63,806 bases of DNA, filler included, from Reclinomonas americana ATCC 50394 (GCA_048213135.1; 7 parts of 5 records of this genome joined end to end with filler, not necessarily neighbours in it); one strand, 5' to 3'; numbered from the whole stretch's first letter, positions 48,868-61,553 are shown. Notes: generated by a model from the sequence alone, not told the origin. Numbers and translations: made by a program.

Positions 48868-51800
48868 CATTCAATTTGGTGGCGTCGGATCGTTTACTGC
48901 CGTCACCGGTGGCCAACTTACCGTCTGTGAGTACGAGTGGAGAGTGCGAAGAGTGCAGAGATCAAAATGAGTTGCTCATGTGCTTGTGTTTTCGGCAGAT
49001 CCCAACTGTCGCGTCGTCATACACGGTGACAATCGGCAAACAACCACTATTGGTACGGTCACCCAGCATGTCATGCTCACATCCATCATCCTTCTTATTC
49101 TCCTGCATCTGTCTGCAGTCACTGGCGCAACAACATAGCACAATCGGTTTTCGCGTCGGTTTGTCCGGACAAGTGGTGGTGTTGACGGTGCCAGTGGCCT
49201 CATTCCCCTTTGTCACGCCGTCATTCACACTGTTCAAGAACGCCGACTGCCGCGGAAATGTGGCCACCATCATCAGCGGCTTCAACATCGCGTCTGATGG
49301 CACGACCTATACCATCACATGGACATTCGACACGACTGGGGTGCCGACACCAACGAAGCAGCAGTTGTGCCTGTCGTCCACTGACCTGGCAGGCTACTTT
49401 AGCCTGGCGTCTGTCTCCATTTGTTGCGTTCCGGCTGGAGATATTATGTTGTCACGTTTGCATCATCTCATGCTAACGAGGTGAATATGCAGATCGTGTC
49501 AAGAGCACTTCCGCGCCGTCCATATCACAAGGCATCAAGTCGCAAACTGTTGTCTTGTCGGGTGGTGACTTCCCATTGCTGGCTGCAAGCGCTGCCAGTG
49601 GCAGAAATCCAGTCACGCCTGGCGGCACGCCACTGGCATTCTTCCTCTCACTCGCCGCCGACTGTTCGTCGATGGACTTGCGGGCGGCTGCCTTTGTGGT
49701 CACTGCGGTGTGCGCCGACGCGTATTACGGCCACGGTTTCCACCATTTCTGCGGTCTCACTCGCCTCGTGCACGCTGGATCCGCTTGGTGCGTATCAAAT
49801 TTGTAGTCGGTGTGTTACGGAGGGAAAGAGGGAAGGGAGGAAAAAGAGAGAGGGAGGAGGGAGATGGGGGAAAGGGGAGGGGGAACGACGGTGAAGAAAG
49901 AGTGGCAGGGGAGAGAGAGCAGTACCGTTGGGAGAGTGATGTGGGTGAGGGGAAATGGTAATAGAGAAAGGGCGTGAGAGTGGATGGTGTGGGGCACAAA
50001 GAACAGAGCAGTGGGTGACGGGAGGAGAGATGAAGTAAAGCGGGAGAGGCAGGTGAGCCAAATAGTAGATTTTCTGTATGTGTGAGATACGCGAGGATGT
50101 GAATGAGAGGGCGGCTGTGAGTGGCAAGAGGGCTGAGGAGCAGTAGGAAAATGATTTTGGGGCTGCAGGTGAGCCACGTTTGTGCGAGAGATACGCGAGG
50201 ATGTGAATGAGAGGGGCAAGAGGGCTGAGGAACAGAAGGAGAAGTGAGTGAGAGGCTGCAGGTGAGCCACGTATGTGCGAGAGATGGGCGAGGATGTGAA
50301 TGAGAGGGCGGCTGCGAGAGGCAAGAGGGCTGAGGAGAAGTAGGAAAATGATGTTCAACGAGAAAATTGGAAGGATAAGAGAGAATGCGATTGATCTAAT
50401 GACGTTACACCACCATCGACTATTCCACTGACGAAATATCTCCGCACAGCTTCCAAGACTGCTCGTATGTGCCTCTCGTTGTGCAATTGACCATCACGAC
50501 CGTCACCGACCCCGATGTCGGCTTCATTTCTCCGACTTCGTTGCCTCTCGGTGTGCCAACTACGTTGGTGTTGCATTCGCCATCGCGCACGCTGTCGAGT
50601 TGTACTCGTTTCAAGGTGGTCGACGCTGGGTCCGACTGCAATGGTCCGGCTTCGGGTGAGTGCTGAGAATGAGAAGATTTTGCGCGGGCGGTGGGTGGAG
50701 GAGATCTGTGCTCAGGTTCACCCTCTTTGCATATCTCTCTCTCGTCAGCGGCCCTTGCGCTTACGGCCTTCCAAGACGGCGTGTTTGATGCGTCGTCATG
50801 CTTCTATGGATCTGTCGCTGGCGGCTGTGGACAGTTCAAGGTGCAGCTCACGAGCTCCAAGTCGGTACATGCCACATTCTGTGTGGCAACCACTCCAGGG
50901 GCGACGTACAAGGCGGTGTCGAACAGCGACATTCGTGTTACCTCGGGTATGCTGGTGCAGACGTCGTCGGTGGTGGCCAACCAGGCGGGGACAATCGTTG
51001 CGGGAAAAGGGTGAAGAGGGAAGGAAGGTGCAGAGGGAAGGGGGTAAAGAGGGAAGGGGGTAAAGAGGGAAGGGAGGTAGTAGAGGAAGGGGGGAGGTAG
51101 GAGAGGAGGGAGGAGAGGAGGTAGAGGANNNNNNNNNNNNNNNNNNNNNNNNNNNNNNNNNNNNNNNNNNNNNNNNNNNNNNNNNNNNNNNNNNNNNNNN
51201 NNNNNNNNNNNNNNNNNNNNNNNNNNNNNNNNNNNNNNNNNNNNNNNNNNNNNNNNNNNNNNNNNNNNNNNNNNNNNNNNNAAAGAGGGAAGGAGGGTAT
51301 AGAGGGAAGGTGGGTGAAGAGGGAAGGGGGATAAAGAGGGAAGGGGGTAGAGAGGGAAGGGGGTAAAGAGGGAAGGGAGGTAAAGAGGGAATTGGGGAAA
51401 AGAGGGAATAGGAGGAGGGAGTTAAGAGGGAAGTTGGAGGAGGGAGTTGAGACAGGGAGAAGGGAGGGAGATTATGGGTGATGTGGAAGGATGTGAGGCG
51501 AGGAGAAGAGAGGAAAAGAGGGAAGGGGGGAGGGAAGTGAGTCAAGGAGAAGGGGGGTTTTGAAGGCATTTTGCGTGGAAGAGACAGGGTAGGGTGGAAG
51601 TGTGTTGATGAGAAAGCAAGGGAGAGAGAAACAGACTGAAGAATGTCTGTTGAATTTGTGTGCCTTGCAAGGGAGGAAAAGAAAGGAGGGAGAAAGGGAA
51701 CAGGTTAGCTTTGTAAGTGTGTGGATGGGAACGCGTTGGGGAGTGTAACAAAGAGAAGTGTGTCAGTGGAGTGTTTGTGGCGCAAGAGAGGACCGTCAGG

Positions 51801-53683
51801 GGATGAATAGGTTGTGGTATTGTGTGGATGTGGATGCAAACGATTGAGAGAATGAGAGTGCCAGGAATGGAAAGGAGAAGGAGAGAAAAGGAGACGGAGT
51901 GGTTGTGGCAATGAGTGTGTTGATGGATATGTGAAGGAGAGAGAAACAGAGAGAAGTGTGTCGGTGGAGATTGGATGGCAAGAGAGGATCGTCGGATGGG
52001 GAATGGGACGGATTGGTTGTGATCGACAGTGCGTGCATGGATGCAAGGAAGAGAGAACCAAAGAAAAGTGAGTTCGAGGAGATTGCGTGTGGCATGCGAA
52101 GAAATGCAGAAGGGGGAGGGAAAGGATTTGTCGTGGTAGATAATGTGGATGGATGCAAGGGAGAATTTGTGGTATTGTGTGACGACGGTAAAAAGGAGAG
52201 AGTGAGATAGGAGGAGCCATCAGTGGAGATTGTTCTTGTCCTACGAGAGTGAGAGACCGATTGGGGGGAGGAAAAGATTAGTTGTTCCCCTGTGTGATGT
52301 GAATGGACCGCATGAGAGAACGGGTTGTGGGTGACAGAAGTGGAAGACTTGAGGAGGGGAATGGGTGAGACTTTTGGGAGTGTGTGCTTTGGAATTCAAC
52401 AGATGAGTGACATAGAGGATTGAAGGTCAATTGTGCGTGCGAGGAGAGGAGGTTGGGGACAGAAAGGAAATGTTGAGATGTTGTTGATGAGATAAACAAC
52501 AACAAGTGAGTGAGTGAGTCAGAGAGTTTATGTGTGAACCAGAGAGGAGTGACGGAGGAGCGGTTCGGATAGCATGTCATTTTCGATCGCATGGTGTCCA
52601 TGGTTTACATGCTGACGTTTGCTCCCTGGTTGTGCGACAGATGAGCACTGGCACTGGCACTCGCTCCGTGGAGATTACTCACCGCTTTGTGCAATCGTTC
52701 CCTGCGATTCCCACTGTGCTCTTTGGCATCTCCGCTCTCTCCAATACGATTGAGGGCGACACTGACATTGGCTGCGCGAGGCCGTCGGTCACCAAGTTTA
52801 TGCTGACGGTGAAGTGCTCGGCACTCGGCACCGCGCAGTTCGACTCGCTCATTACCAGTTTCGTGAGATCGACTTCGTTTTCGTGCACACTTGCATGAAA
52901 CTCACGACCTACGTCGCAGATTTCATCGCCATGTACGCGGACCCTGCCGCGACGTACACACACGACAACGAGTTGCCGCGTCAGAAAACTGCCAATGAGT
53001 GGCTGAGCCTGGCCACTGAAAAGAATTTCACCACGGTTTGTTGATGCAAGCAGACCTGTACATGGTCCCTGGACTCATTCATCGCAACCGTGTGGCTGTG
53101 TGAGCAGGAAGTGGTGAATGCCCATGCTTTTGGATTCCAGACAATCCCCTCGATTGCGCTGGCGTTGACGGGTGTGCGGTCCATTCGACTCGATTCGAGT
53201 GGCACGGCACGCAGCGACAACTTTGAGGTGGCCGTCGGTGAGGCGGCCGCTGCCACCTCGCAGGTGTTGATGACGGTGCGCGGCGATAGTCGCGTGCAGG
53301 CGTTGGAGCTGCGTTCCATGCTGGTGGGATCGCGGCTGGCGCCACGGGATAATTCCAGTGGCTACGTGATGGTTTCAGGCGGTGAGTTTGACTGCGAAGA
53401 TTTGCCGGCAGTTGTGCACGATTACTGACCTGGATCACCGACATGTTGCACAGAGAGCACGCTGGTGGGTAACACGCCGGTGGTGGTCACCCTCGTTAGC
53501 CGTCAGTCAACCCGCGGGTTGAAACAGACTGATTTCCATACCGCCGCGTTCTTGCGTGGATGGAAGACGACCGGCACTGGTGCATCGCAGGTCAATCCGT
53601 CGATTCTGCCGACGGATGTGGTTCCGTCACAAGGCAGCGCGTCGAGTGGAGCGTACGGGCAGCTGACGGTGACGGCGAGCAGT
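48868..53683 (+). CDS. Partial multi-exon extracellular-type protein: Cys-containing beta-rich repeats, H-type-lectin-like domain, fibre-like beta segment; both ends unresolved
   Basis: Exons ~48868-48926, 49000-49053, 49119-49405, ~49492-49810, ~50457-50656, ~50749-50985, 52641-52862, ~52920-53035, 53141-53370 and ~53455-53683. STGTGTRSVEITHRFVQSFPAIPTVLFGISAL...VTKFMLTVKC...QFDSLITSF fits the H-type lectin pattern. The gene runs into the spacer at 53684. Confidence 0.55.
50045..50350. repeat. Intronic tandem repeat, three ~100-120-bp units
   Basis: GCAGGTGAGCCA...GAGATACGCGAGGATGTGAATGAGAGGG...GGCAAGAGGGCTGAGGA recurs three times. Confidence 0.75.
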
Positions 53684-53783
53684 NNNNNNNNNNNNNNNNN
53701 NNNNNNNNNNNNNNNNNNNNNNNNNNNTTAATTAATTAANNNNNNNNNNNNNNNNNNNNNNNNNNNNNNNNNNNNNNNNNNNN

Positions 53784-54830
53784 CGGCCGCGCGGGTGAAC
53801 CTTGCGACCGAGCGCGCGACGATTGAGGGATCGGTCGACACGGCCTTGCTCGTCAACGCCGTCGAGGATGCCGGGTACGACGCGCGCGTCGTCGCTGCCG
53901 GATCGCCGGATGCAGCGGCCGTCGCGCGCAAGGATGCGGAGACCGCGGGCCTTAGGCGCGATCTCACCATAGCTGCGGTGCTGAGCGCGCCGATCATCGT
54001 GCTGGATGGGCTCGCATCTCGTGCCCGCGATCCATGACTTGATCATGCGAACCATCGGCATGCAGGCGAACTGGACCATCCAGTTCGCGCTGACGACGCT
54101 GGTTTTGGTCGTGCCGGGACGGCGATTCTACACGAAGGGTCTGCCAGCGCTGGCGCGGCTGGCCCCCGATATGAACTCGCTCGTGGCCGTCGGCACGCTT
54201 GCCGCGTATTTCTATTCGCTGGTCGCGACCTTTGCGCCTCAGCTTCTGCCGCCCGGCACGGTCAACGTCTATTACGAAGCGGCGGCAGTGATCGTCACCT
54301 TGATCCTGCTCGGCCGCTTCCTCGAAGCTCGCGCCAAGGGGCGGACGTCCGAGGCGATCAAGCGACTGGTCGGCTTGCAGCCGAGGATCGCCCATGTCCG
54401 CCGCGCCGATCGCGTCGTCGACATCGGCGAGGTGGTGGCTGGCGACGTGGTCGAGGTCCGACCGGGCGAGCGCGTGCCGATCGACGGCGAAGTCGTTGAG
54501 GGCGAGAGCTACGTCGATGAATCGATGATCACCGGCGAGCCGATCCCGGTTGCCAAGGCGGCGGGGAGCACCGTCGTCGGCGGCACGGTGAATCAGAAGG
54601 GTGCGATGGGCGTCCGGGCGACCGCGATTGGTGATGCGACGGTGCTCGCGCAGATCATCCGCATGGTCGAGGAGGCGCAGGGATCGAAGTTGCCGATCCA
54701 GGCCCTGGTGGACCGGGTGACGATGTGGTTCGTGCCGGCGGTCATGGCCGTGGCGGCGGCGACGTTCGAAATCTGGCTCATCTTCGGGCCCGACCCGGCG
54801 CTCACCTTCGCCGTCGTCAATGCGGTCGCC

Positions 54831-54862
<32 letters not shown>

Positions 54863-56004
54863 GGCTGGCCACGCCGACCTCGATCATGGTCGGCACTGGA
54901 CGCGGCGCGGAGATGGGCGTGCTGTTCCGCAAGGGCGAGGCGCTGCAATTGCTGAAGGATGCCAAGGTGGTGGCGATCGACAAGACCGGCACCGTGACCA
55001 AAGGCCAGCCGGTCCTCACCGATCTCGACGTGGCCGAGGGATTCGAGCGCGGCGCGGTCCTCGCGCGGGTCGCCGCCGTAGAGGCTAAGTCCGAGCACCC
55101 GATCGCGCGGGCGATCGTGGATGCGGCAGCGCAGGAGGGCCTGCGCCTGCCGGAGATCAGCCGGTTCGAGTCGATCACCGGCTTTGGCGTCACCGCGGAT
55201 GCCGACGGCGCACGCGTGGAGATTGGCGCCGATCGCTACATGCGCTCGCTTGGCCTCGATGTGTCGCCGTTTGTGGCGACCGCGAGCCGCCTCGTCGACG
55301 AGGGCAAGTCGCCGCTCTATGCGGCGATCGACGGCAAGCTGGCCGCGATCATCGCGGTCGCCGATCCCATCAAGGCCACGAGCCACGACGCGATCGCGGC
55401 ATTGCACGGTCTGGGGCTGAAGGTCGCCATGATCACCGGCGACAACGCCCGCACCGCCGGCGCCATTGCGCGTCAGCTCGGCATCGACGAGGTCGTCGCC
55501 GAGGTGCCGCCGGAAGGGAAGGTCGAAGCGGTCCGGCGCCTCAAGCAAGCCTATGGCCGGCTCGCCTTCGTCGGCGATGGCATCAACGACGCGCCCGCGC
55601 TGGCGGAAGCGGATGTCGGGCTTGCGGTCGGCACCGGCACCGATGTCGCCATCGAGGCGGCCGACGTGGTGTTGATGTCGGGGAGCGTCAAAGGCGTCGC
55701 AGACGCGTTCGCGCTGTCGAAGGCGACCATCGGCAACATTCAGCAGAATCTGTTCTGGGCTTTCGCTTACAACGTTGTGCTCATTCCGGTCGCCGCCGGC
55801 GTGCTCTATCCGGCATTCGGCATCCTGCTCTCGCCGGTGCTGGCCGCGGGAGCCATGGCGCTCTCGAGCGTGTTCGTGCTCGGCAATGCGCTGCGGCTGC
55901 GGCGCTTCCGTCCGGGGCTTGCGCTGGGCGCGCATGGCGCTTCGAATCAGCAGCTCACAGGATCGACGGGTGCATCTGCGGCCCTGGAAAGGAGCGTGGC
56001 GTGA
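53784..56004 (+). CDS. copA: Bacterial Cu(I)-translocating P1B-type ATPase, 5'-truncated, two frameshifts (~54005, ~54862)
   Basis: HMA remnant ([10 protein letters not shown]...VEDAGY), [55 protein letters not shown] and MALSS motifs across ORFs 53795-54037, 54006-55088 and 54820-56004. Confidence 0.93.
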
Positions 56005-56438
56005 ACATTGGCGAGGCGGCGCGCGCTTCTGGCGTCAGCGCCAAGATGATCCGCTACTATGAGCAAAGCGGCTTGATCCCAAAGGCGGGCCGGTCGGCAG
56101 CCGGTTACCGCGATTACTCCACGACCGATGTGCACATGTTGCGTTTCGTGCGGCGGTCGCGCGATCTCGGCTTCTCGATGGCGGAGATCGAGGAGCTGTT
56201 GCAGCTCTGGCGGGATCGCAGCCGGCAAAGCGCGGATGTGAAGCGCATCGCGCTGGCGCGCATCGCCGATCTGCGCCGGCGCATCCAGGAGATGGAAGAG
56301 ATGGCGGCGACGCTGGAGCACCTCGCGTCCTGCTGCTCAGGAGACAAGCGTCCCGACTGCCCGATCCTCGCAGATCTCGAACAGGGCGAGGCGGGAAAGC
56401 CGCGCCGCTCGCGCGGCGCCATCGATAGCGCGCCATGA
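56001..56438 (+). CDS. cueR: Cu(I)-responsive MerR-family regulator
   Basis: [24 protein letters not shown] and C-terminal [17 protein letters not shown] overlap with the copA stop. Confidence 0.93.
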   Translation: MNIGEAARASGVSAKMIRYYEQSGLIPKAGRSAAGYRDYSTTDVHMLRFVRRSRDLGFSMAEIEELLQLWRDRSRQSADVKRIALARIADLRRRIQEMEEMAATLEHLASCCSGDKRPDCPILADLEQGEAGKPRRSRGAIDSAP

Positions 56439-56929
56439 TCGAGCAGCACCATACTTTCGCATCCAGGGAGACAATCGTGACGTTCAGCCGCAGGAAATTC
56501 ATCGGCCTTGCCGGAGGGCTCGGTGCTTCACTCATCGGCATCACCAGCGTCTCGGCCGCCGGCACGCCGATCTCGGTGACTCGCTCGCCGAGCTGCGGCT
56601 GCTGCTCGGCCTGGATCGCCCATCTGCGCCAGGCAGGCTTTTCGGTGGAGGACAAGCTCCTGGACGATCTCGCGCCTCTCAAGACACGGCTTGGCGTGCC
56701 GGTCGATCTGCAATCGTGTCACACGGCGACGCTGTCAGGCTATGTGATCGAAGGCCATGTGCCGGCGACTGAAATCCTCCGCATCCTGGCCGAAAGACCG
56801 GCGGCGACGGGCCTTGCTGTCGCTGGAATGCCCACGGGATCTCCAGGCATGGAGATCGCCGGTTAAGCCGAGCGCTATGACGTGGTGCTGTTTGGTCCGC
56901 GCGGGCGACAGGTGTTCGCGCGCTACTGA
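56435..56929 (+). CDS. copG: DUF411/CopG periplasmic copper protein with a Tat-like signal and an in-frame TAA at 56864-56866
   Basis: SRRKF twin-arginine motif, SPSCGCC, SCHTA, GYVIEGHVPA and GMPTGSPGME. The frame continues after TAA as AERYDVVLFGPRGRQVFARY-TGA, the expected family C-terminus. The true start may be the GTG at 56477. Confidence 0.85.
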
Positions 56930-56953
56930 AAGAGGTAGCGCTCGCAGCGATCT

Positions 56954-56967
56954 TTAACATCCATCAA
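56954..56967 (+). promoter_or_regulatory. Possible FNR/FixK-type box (TTAAC-N4-ATCAA)
   Basis: Perfect ATCAA half-site and an imperfect left half-site relative to TTGAT-N4-ATCAA, about 70 bp upstream of the DUF2934-phosphorylase-CBS operon. Confidence 0.3.
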
Positions 56968-57039
56968 CGATGTCGGCGTGTCGCGAGCGGAAGCTGCCGG
57001 GCGCCTAACACAGTCCGACATCGAGGAAGGAGCAGGATC

Positions 57040-57243
57040 ATGTCAGAAGCGCAGGCCACCCCGGAGCAGAATGTCCTTTGGCCGAAGATCGAGCTGCGGG
57101 CGTATGAGATCTGGGTACACGAGGGTTGCCCGGAGGGCCACGACGTAGAGCACTGGCTGCGCGCCGAAACCGAGATCGCGGGCGAGGGCGCCGAGCCAGA
57201 AGCGACGGGTGAGGCCGCAGCAGCTGCCAAGAAGAAGAAATAA
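57040..57243 (+). CDS. DUF2934 family small protein
   Basis: IELRAYEIWVHEGCPEGHDVEHWLRAETEI signature; upstream AGGAG Shine-Dalgarno-like sequence. Confidence 0.85.
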   Translation: MSEAQATPEQNVLWPKIELRAYEIWVHEGCPEGHDVEHWLRAETEIAGEGAEPEATGEAAAAAKKKK

Positions 57244-58993
57244 TCGCGCGGCCGCGAGCGGCATCGACGAGCGCTGGCCTCACGCCGGGAGAGCACTCTT
57301 GGATTTTCTCGATCGGTCTATCCGGCGGACGCGCTTTGCCTATTTCTCGATGGAGATCGCGCTTCGCGCCGAGATGCATACCTATAGCGGCGGACTGGGG
57401 GTGCTCGCCGGGGACTCGGCACGCTCGGCCGCCGATCTTGATCTGCCGATGGTATTCGTCACGCTCGTGAGCCGGCAGGGTTATGTGCGGCAAGCGATCG
57501 ATGACCGTCATGGGCAGATCAGCAAGCCCGACCCATGGGCGCCACAGGATTTCGCGACAGCCTTACCGCAGATGATCGCGGTGTCGATCGAGGGGCGTGC
57601 CGTATGGGTGCGCCCTTGGCTCTATGGGCTGGAATGCCCGCTCGGGCATATCGTTCCGGTCGTTCTGCTCGACACCGATCTCGAGCAGAACGCCGTCGAG
57701 GATCGCCGGATCACAGATACGCTCTATGGCGGCGATCAGGCCTATCGGCTGAAGCAGGAGATCGTGCTCGGCATTGGCGGCCAGAGCGTGTTGCGCGCGC
57801 TCGGCTTCCGCATCGACAAGTATCATCTCAACGAAGGTCACGCCGCGCTATTGACGTTGCCCCTGTTGCGGGAGACCCAGCGACCAGACGCCGACGGTTC
57901 GTCGGATCCGGTCCGCGGCTACGACATCGCGGCGGTTCGCGAACGGTGTGTGTTCACGACGCATACGCCCGTGGAGGCGGGATTCGACAAATTCGACTAT
58001 GATCTCGTCGACCGCGTCCTCGGCGACTACATCGAACGTGATGTCCTGACGCATCTGGCCGGCATCGATCATCTCAACATGACGCGGCTGGCGCTGAACC
58101 TCAGCGGCTATGTGAACGGCGTCGCCCGCCGGCATGCGGAGACGACGCGCAAACTCTTTCCAGGCTATCAGATCGCTTCGATCACGAACGGCGTCCATGT
58201 CCATCGATGGACGCATGGCGCCATCGCAACGCTCTTCGAGCAGCAGTTCTCGAACTGGGCGCATGAGCCCGAAGTCCTCGCCTTCGCCGACCAGGTAGAC
58301 AACGGTGCGCTCTGGGCGGCGCACGAAAACGCCAAGCGCGATCTCTTGGCGCGCGTCGCCCAGGCGACGGATAAACAGCTGCGTGCCGATCTGCCGTTGA
58401 TCGGCTATGCGCGGCGCATGACCGCCTACAAGCGCCCGGAGATGATCTTCTCCGACCTGGACCGGTTGCGCGAGATAGCGAAAGACCGTCCGTTTCAGAT
58501 CGTGCTGGCCGGCCTCGCGCATCCAGGCGATGGCGGCGGGCAAGAGGCGATCCGCGCGCTTGGCGCGCATATCGAGTCGCTGGACGGTGTGGTCCCGGCA
58601 GTGTTCGTGCCGGGCTACAATCTCGACATCGCGGCGGCGCTGGTCGCTGGTTGCGATGTCTGGCTGAATACGCCGCTGCCGCCGCTCGAGGCCTCCGGCA
58701 CCAGCGGGATGAAGGCCGCGCTCAACGGCGTCCTCAATCTCAGCGTCCTTGATGGCTGGTGGATCGAGGGCTGCGTCGACGGCGTGACAGGCTGGTCGAT
58801 CCCTAGCAATGGCGCCCACGCGAATGACGCGGTCGCTCTGTACGACAAGCTCAGGGACGTGGTGCTTCCGCTTTACGACGGTGATCGCGGCCATTGGATC
58901 TGGATGATGAAGCAGGCGATCAGCAAGATCGGCCCGTCCTTCAACTCTCATCGGATGATTCGGCGCTACGTCACCGAAGCCTACTTGCGTTGA
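57209..58993 (+). CDS. glgP: Alpha-glucan family phosphorylase (true start probably somewhat downstream)
   Basis: [49 protein letters not shown] and [14 protein letters not shown] motifs. Confidence 0.92.
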   Translation: MRPQQLPRRRNNRAAASGIDERWPHAGRALLDFLDRSIRRTRFAYFSMEIALRAEMHTYSGGLGVLAGDSARSAADLDLPMVFVTLVSRQGYVRQAIDDRHGQISKPDPWAPQDFATALPQMIAVSIEGRAVWVRPWLYGLECPLGHIVPVVLLDTDLEQNAVEDRRITDTLYGGDQAYRLKQEIVLGIGGQSVLRALGFRIDKYHLNEGHAALLTLPLLRETQRPDADGSSDPVRGYDIAAVRERCVFTTHTPVEAGFDKFDYDLVDRVLGDYIERDVLTHLAGIDHLNMTRLALNLSGYVNGVARRHAETTRKLFPGYQIASITNGVHVHRWTHGAIATLFEQQFSNWAHEPEVLAFADQVDNGALWAAHENAKRDLLARVAQATDKQLRADLPLIGYARRMTAYKRPEMIFSDLDRLREIAKDRPFQIVLAGLAHPGDGGGQEAIRALGAHIESLDGVVPAVFVPGYNLDIAAALVAGCDVWLNTPLPPLEASGTSGMKAALNGVLNLSVLDGWWIEGCVDGVTGWSIPSNGAHANDAVALYDKLRDVVLPLYDGDRGHWIWMMKQAISKIGPSFNSHRMIRRYVTEAYLR

Positions 58994-59007
58994 CGGGGAG
59001 ACGGACG

Positions 59008-59661
59008 ATGCGCGTGCGGGATGTGATGTCGACCCGGCTGGTCACGATCAGCCCCGAGCACAGCGTCTGGCACGCCGCGCAGATCATGCTCAGTGAACAT
59101 GTGAGTGGCCTTCCTGTGCTGGATGACGCCCGGGCCCTGGTCGGCCTGATCACCGAAGGCGACCTGCTGCGGCGCTCCGAGCTTGGAACGCCCCTCGCAG
59201 ACGGTGGCGTGGAAGCGCGCGCCCGCGCCTATGTCCGAAGCCGGAGCTGGAAGGTCGGCGCGCTCATGTCGTCGCCGCTCCTGACGATCGAGGAGGATGC
59301 GCCGCTGTCGCAGGTGGCGCAGCTGCTCGGCGCTCATCGGATCAAACGGCTGCCGGTGCTGCGCGGCGCACAACTGGTGGGCATCGTCAGCCGGGCAGAC
59401 CTGCTCAAGGTTATTTCGGCCGGCGGTCCTAACGCCGAGGTCAAGGGTGATGGGGCCGTATTGCGGGCGTTGCGGGCACGGCTCGAGGAGGCTGGCACCG
59501 TGCTGGACCGGCAGCCGGAGCTCCATGTCGCGGCCGGCCGGGTGCACGTAACGGGCGCCATGCGCTCCCAGGAGGAGATCGACGTCGTGCGGATGGTGGT
59601 CGACAGCGTGGTGGGATCGGGATTTAAGGATGATTTGACAGTCGAGAAGGAGCCTGGATGA
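59008..59661 (+). CDS. CBS-pair protein with a C-terminal BON-like domain
   Basis: MRVRDVMS...SGLPVLD...LVGLITEGDLLRR and IKRLPVLRGAQLVGIVSRADLL, with a BON-like tail; GGAGA before the ATG. Confidence 0.88.
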   Translation: MRVRDVMSTRLVTISPEHSVWHAAQIMLSEHVSGLPVLDDARALVGLITEGDLLRRSELGTPLADGGVEARARAYVRSRSWKVGALMSSPLLTIEEDAPLSQVAQLLGAHRIKRLPVLRGAQLVGIVSRADLLKVISAGGPNAEVKGDGAVLRALRARLEEAGTVLDRQPELHVAAGRVHVTGAMRSQEEIDVVRMVVDSVVGSGFKDDLTVEKEPG

Positions 59662-60716
59662 GGGTTGTTCTGTTCGAGGCGGAGGACTGGGAGAAGAAAG
59701 CCTGCGCTAGATTGATGCGTCAGCACGACGTCCGCTGCACGACAGTTCCGCTCAACATCACTACGGTCGGCGAGTTCAAGGACGCGGAGGTGATCAGTCC
59801 TTTCGTGGCCTCCCGCCTCGATGCGGGCATCATCCATCGACTGCCCGAGCTGAAGCTCATCGCAACCCGTTCGGCGGGCTACGACCATATCGATCTGGCC
59901 GCCTGCCGGCAGCACGGCGTCGCCATTGCCAACGTGCCGGATTACGGGGATGCGACAGTCGCCGAACATGCCTTCGCTCTGCTGTTGGCGCTGGCGCGCA
60001 ACATCGTTGAGAGCGTCGCGCTCACGCGACGCGGCGGCTTCTCAATGGCCGGCACGCGCGGCCTCGAATTGCGTGACAAGGTCATCGCGGTTGTCGGGAC
60101 AGGGCGCATCGGGCGCCGCACGATCGAGATCGCGCGCGGCTTCGGCATGCGTGTCGTCGCATTCGATCAAATCCAGGACGCTGCCGTGGCGACACGGTGG
60201 GGATTCACCTATGGCCCCCTCGACGCAGTCCTGGCGCAGGCCGATGTGGTGACGCTGCATGTGCCGTCATCGCCCACGACGGCCGGGCTGATCGGCGCAC
60301 GGCAGTTCGAGGCCATGAAGGAGGGGGCCATCCTCATCAACACGGCGCGCGGCAATGTGGTTGACACAGAGGCGCTGGTGCGGGCGCTGGCAAGCGGCAA
60401 GTTGCGCGCGGCCGGTCTCGACGTGCTGCCGCAGGAGCCGCTGATCCGCGAGGAGGCCGAGATCTTCCGCCAGGACATGACGGTCGACGCGGTTGATCTC
60501 AAGGCGCTTGTCGCCAACCACGTGCTGCTGCGCTTTCCGAACGTTCTGGTCACGCCGCACAACGCTTACAACACCGACGCGGCGCTGCGACGTATCATCG
60601 ACACCACCCTTGCCAACGTCGAAGGCTTTGCGGCCGGTCGCCCGGTCAATCTCGTCGGGTGGCCTGAGATGTGCCTGTCTGCACAGGTCAGTCTGGGCGC
60701 CGCCGCCATCCTCACG
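59658..60716 (+). CDS. D-isomer-specific 2-hydroxyacid (D-lactate-like) dehydrogenase, reaching the contig end
   Basis: ATRSAGYDHID, VVGTGRIG, VTLHVP, LINTARG, GLDVLPQEP and VTPHNAYNT motifs; ATGA overlap with the upstream gene. Confidence 0.9.
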
Positions 60717-61143
60717 NNNNNNNNNNNNNNNNNNNNNNNNNNNNNNNNNNNNNNNNNNNNTTAATTAATTAANNNNNNNNNNNNNNNNNNNNNNNNNNNN
60801 NNNNNNNNNNNNNNNNAGGGAGAGGGAGAGGGAGAGGGAGAGGGAGAGGGAGAGGGAGAGGGAGAGGGAGAGGGAGAGGGAGAGAGAAAGAGAGAGAGCA
60901 ATACACGGCAAGGGAGTGTAAAAGGTGGAGATGAAAGGTTGAAAAAGATGACAAGGGAGTTGAACCGGACCAAGGACAGTGACAATGAGAGGCAAAGGTA
61001 GAGGGAAAGGGATGCGAGAGAAAGGGTGGAAGAAGGAGAGGGACGGGGTTGTGTGTTCCTGCGTGAGAACGAGGAGGCAGGCCAAAGAGTGCACGCACGA
61101 TAAAGGCACAGAAACCTGGCTGCAAAAACAATCCCACACTCAC

Positions 61144-61553
61144 CGTACTGTGTCATGGGCCTGCACGACGACACCAAACGAGCCCTTGCCGAGCTTCTTC
61201 TTGACATGATACCGATCGGCAACCACGTGCTCTGTTCGTGGTACGTAGTTGCCCTCGGCATCGTCGACACTCTCCGCCAAACCCGCCAGCAATCGTTGCT
61301 TCTCGTAGTACTTGCTGCAAAACGGGAAGGGCGGGTGAGCGTGGTGAGAAAGAGAGAGAGTAAGAGAAACTAACGCGCACCGATTGATCTCCTTGTAGGT
61401 GGCCAGCAAGCGCACAGAGAGCTTGTGCACAGGTCGTGACTCGGCCGAGCGGTGGAAGGCCGATCGGTCAGTGGCCATTGGTTGCACGCCCGACATGGCG
61501 ACAGAGGAGGCTGCTGCGGCAGCCGCTGCGTCACCGCCGCTGACAGAGACCAT
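61144..61553 (-). CDS. DYRK1: DYRK1/minibrain-type kinase, first two exons
   Basis: PVHKLSVRLLATYKEINR-KYYEKQ, DH-box-like DDAEGNYV, and DRYHVKKKLGKGSFGVVVQAHD. Intron ~61315-61380; the rest is lost beyond the spacer. Confidence 0.8.
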
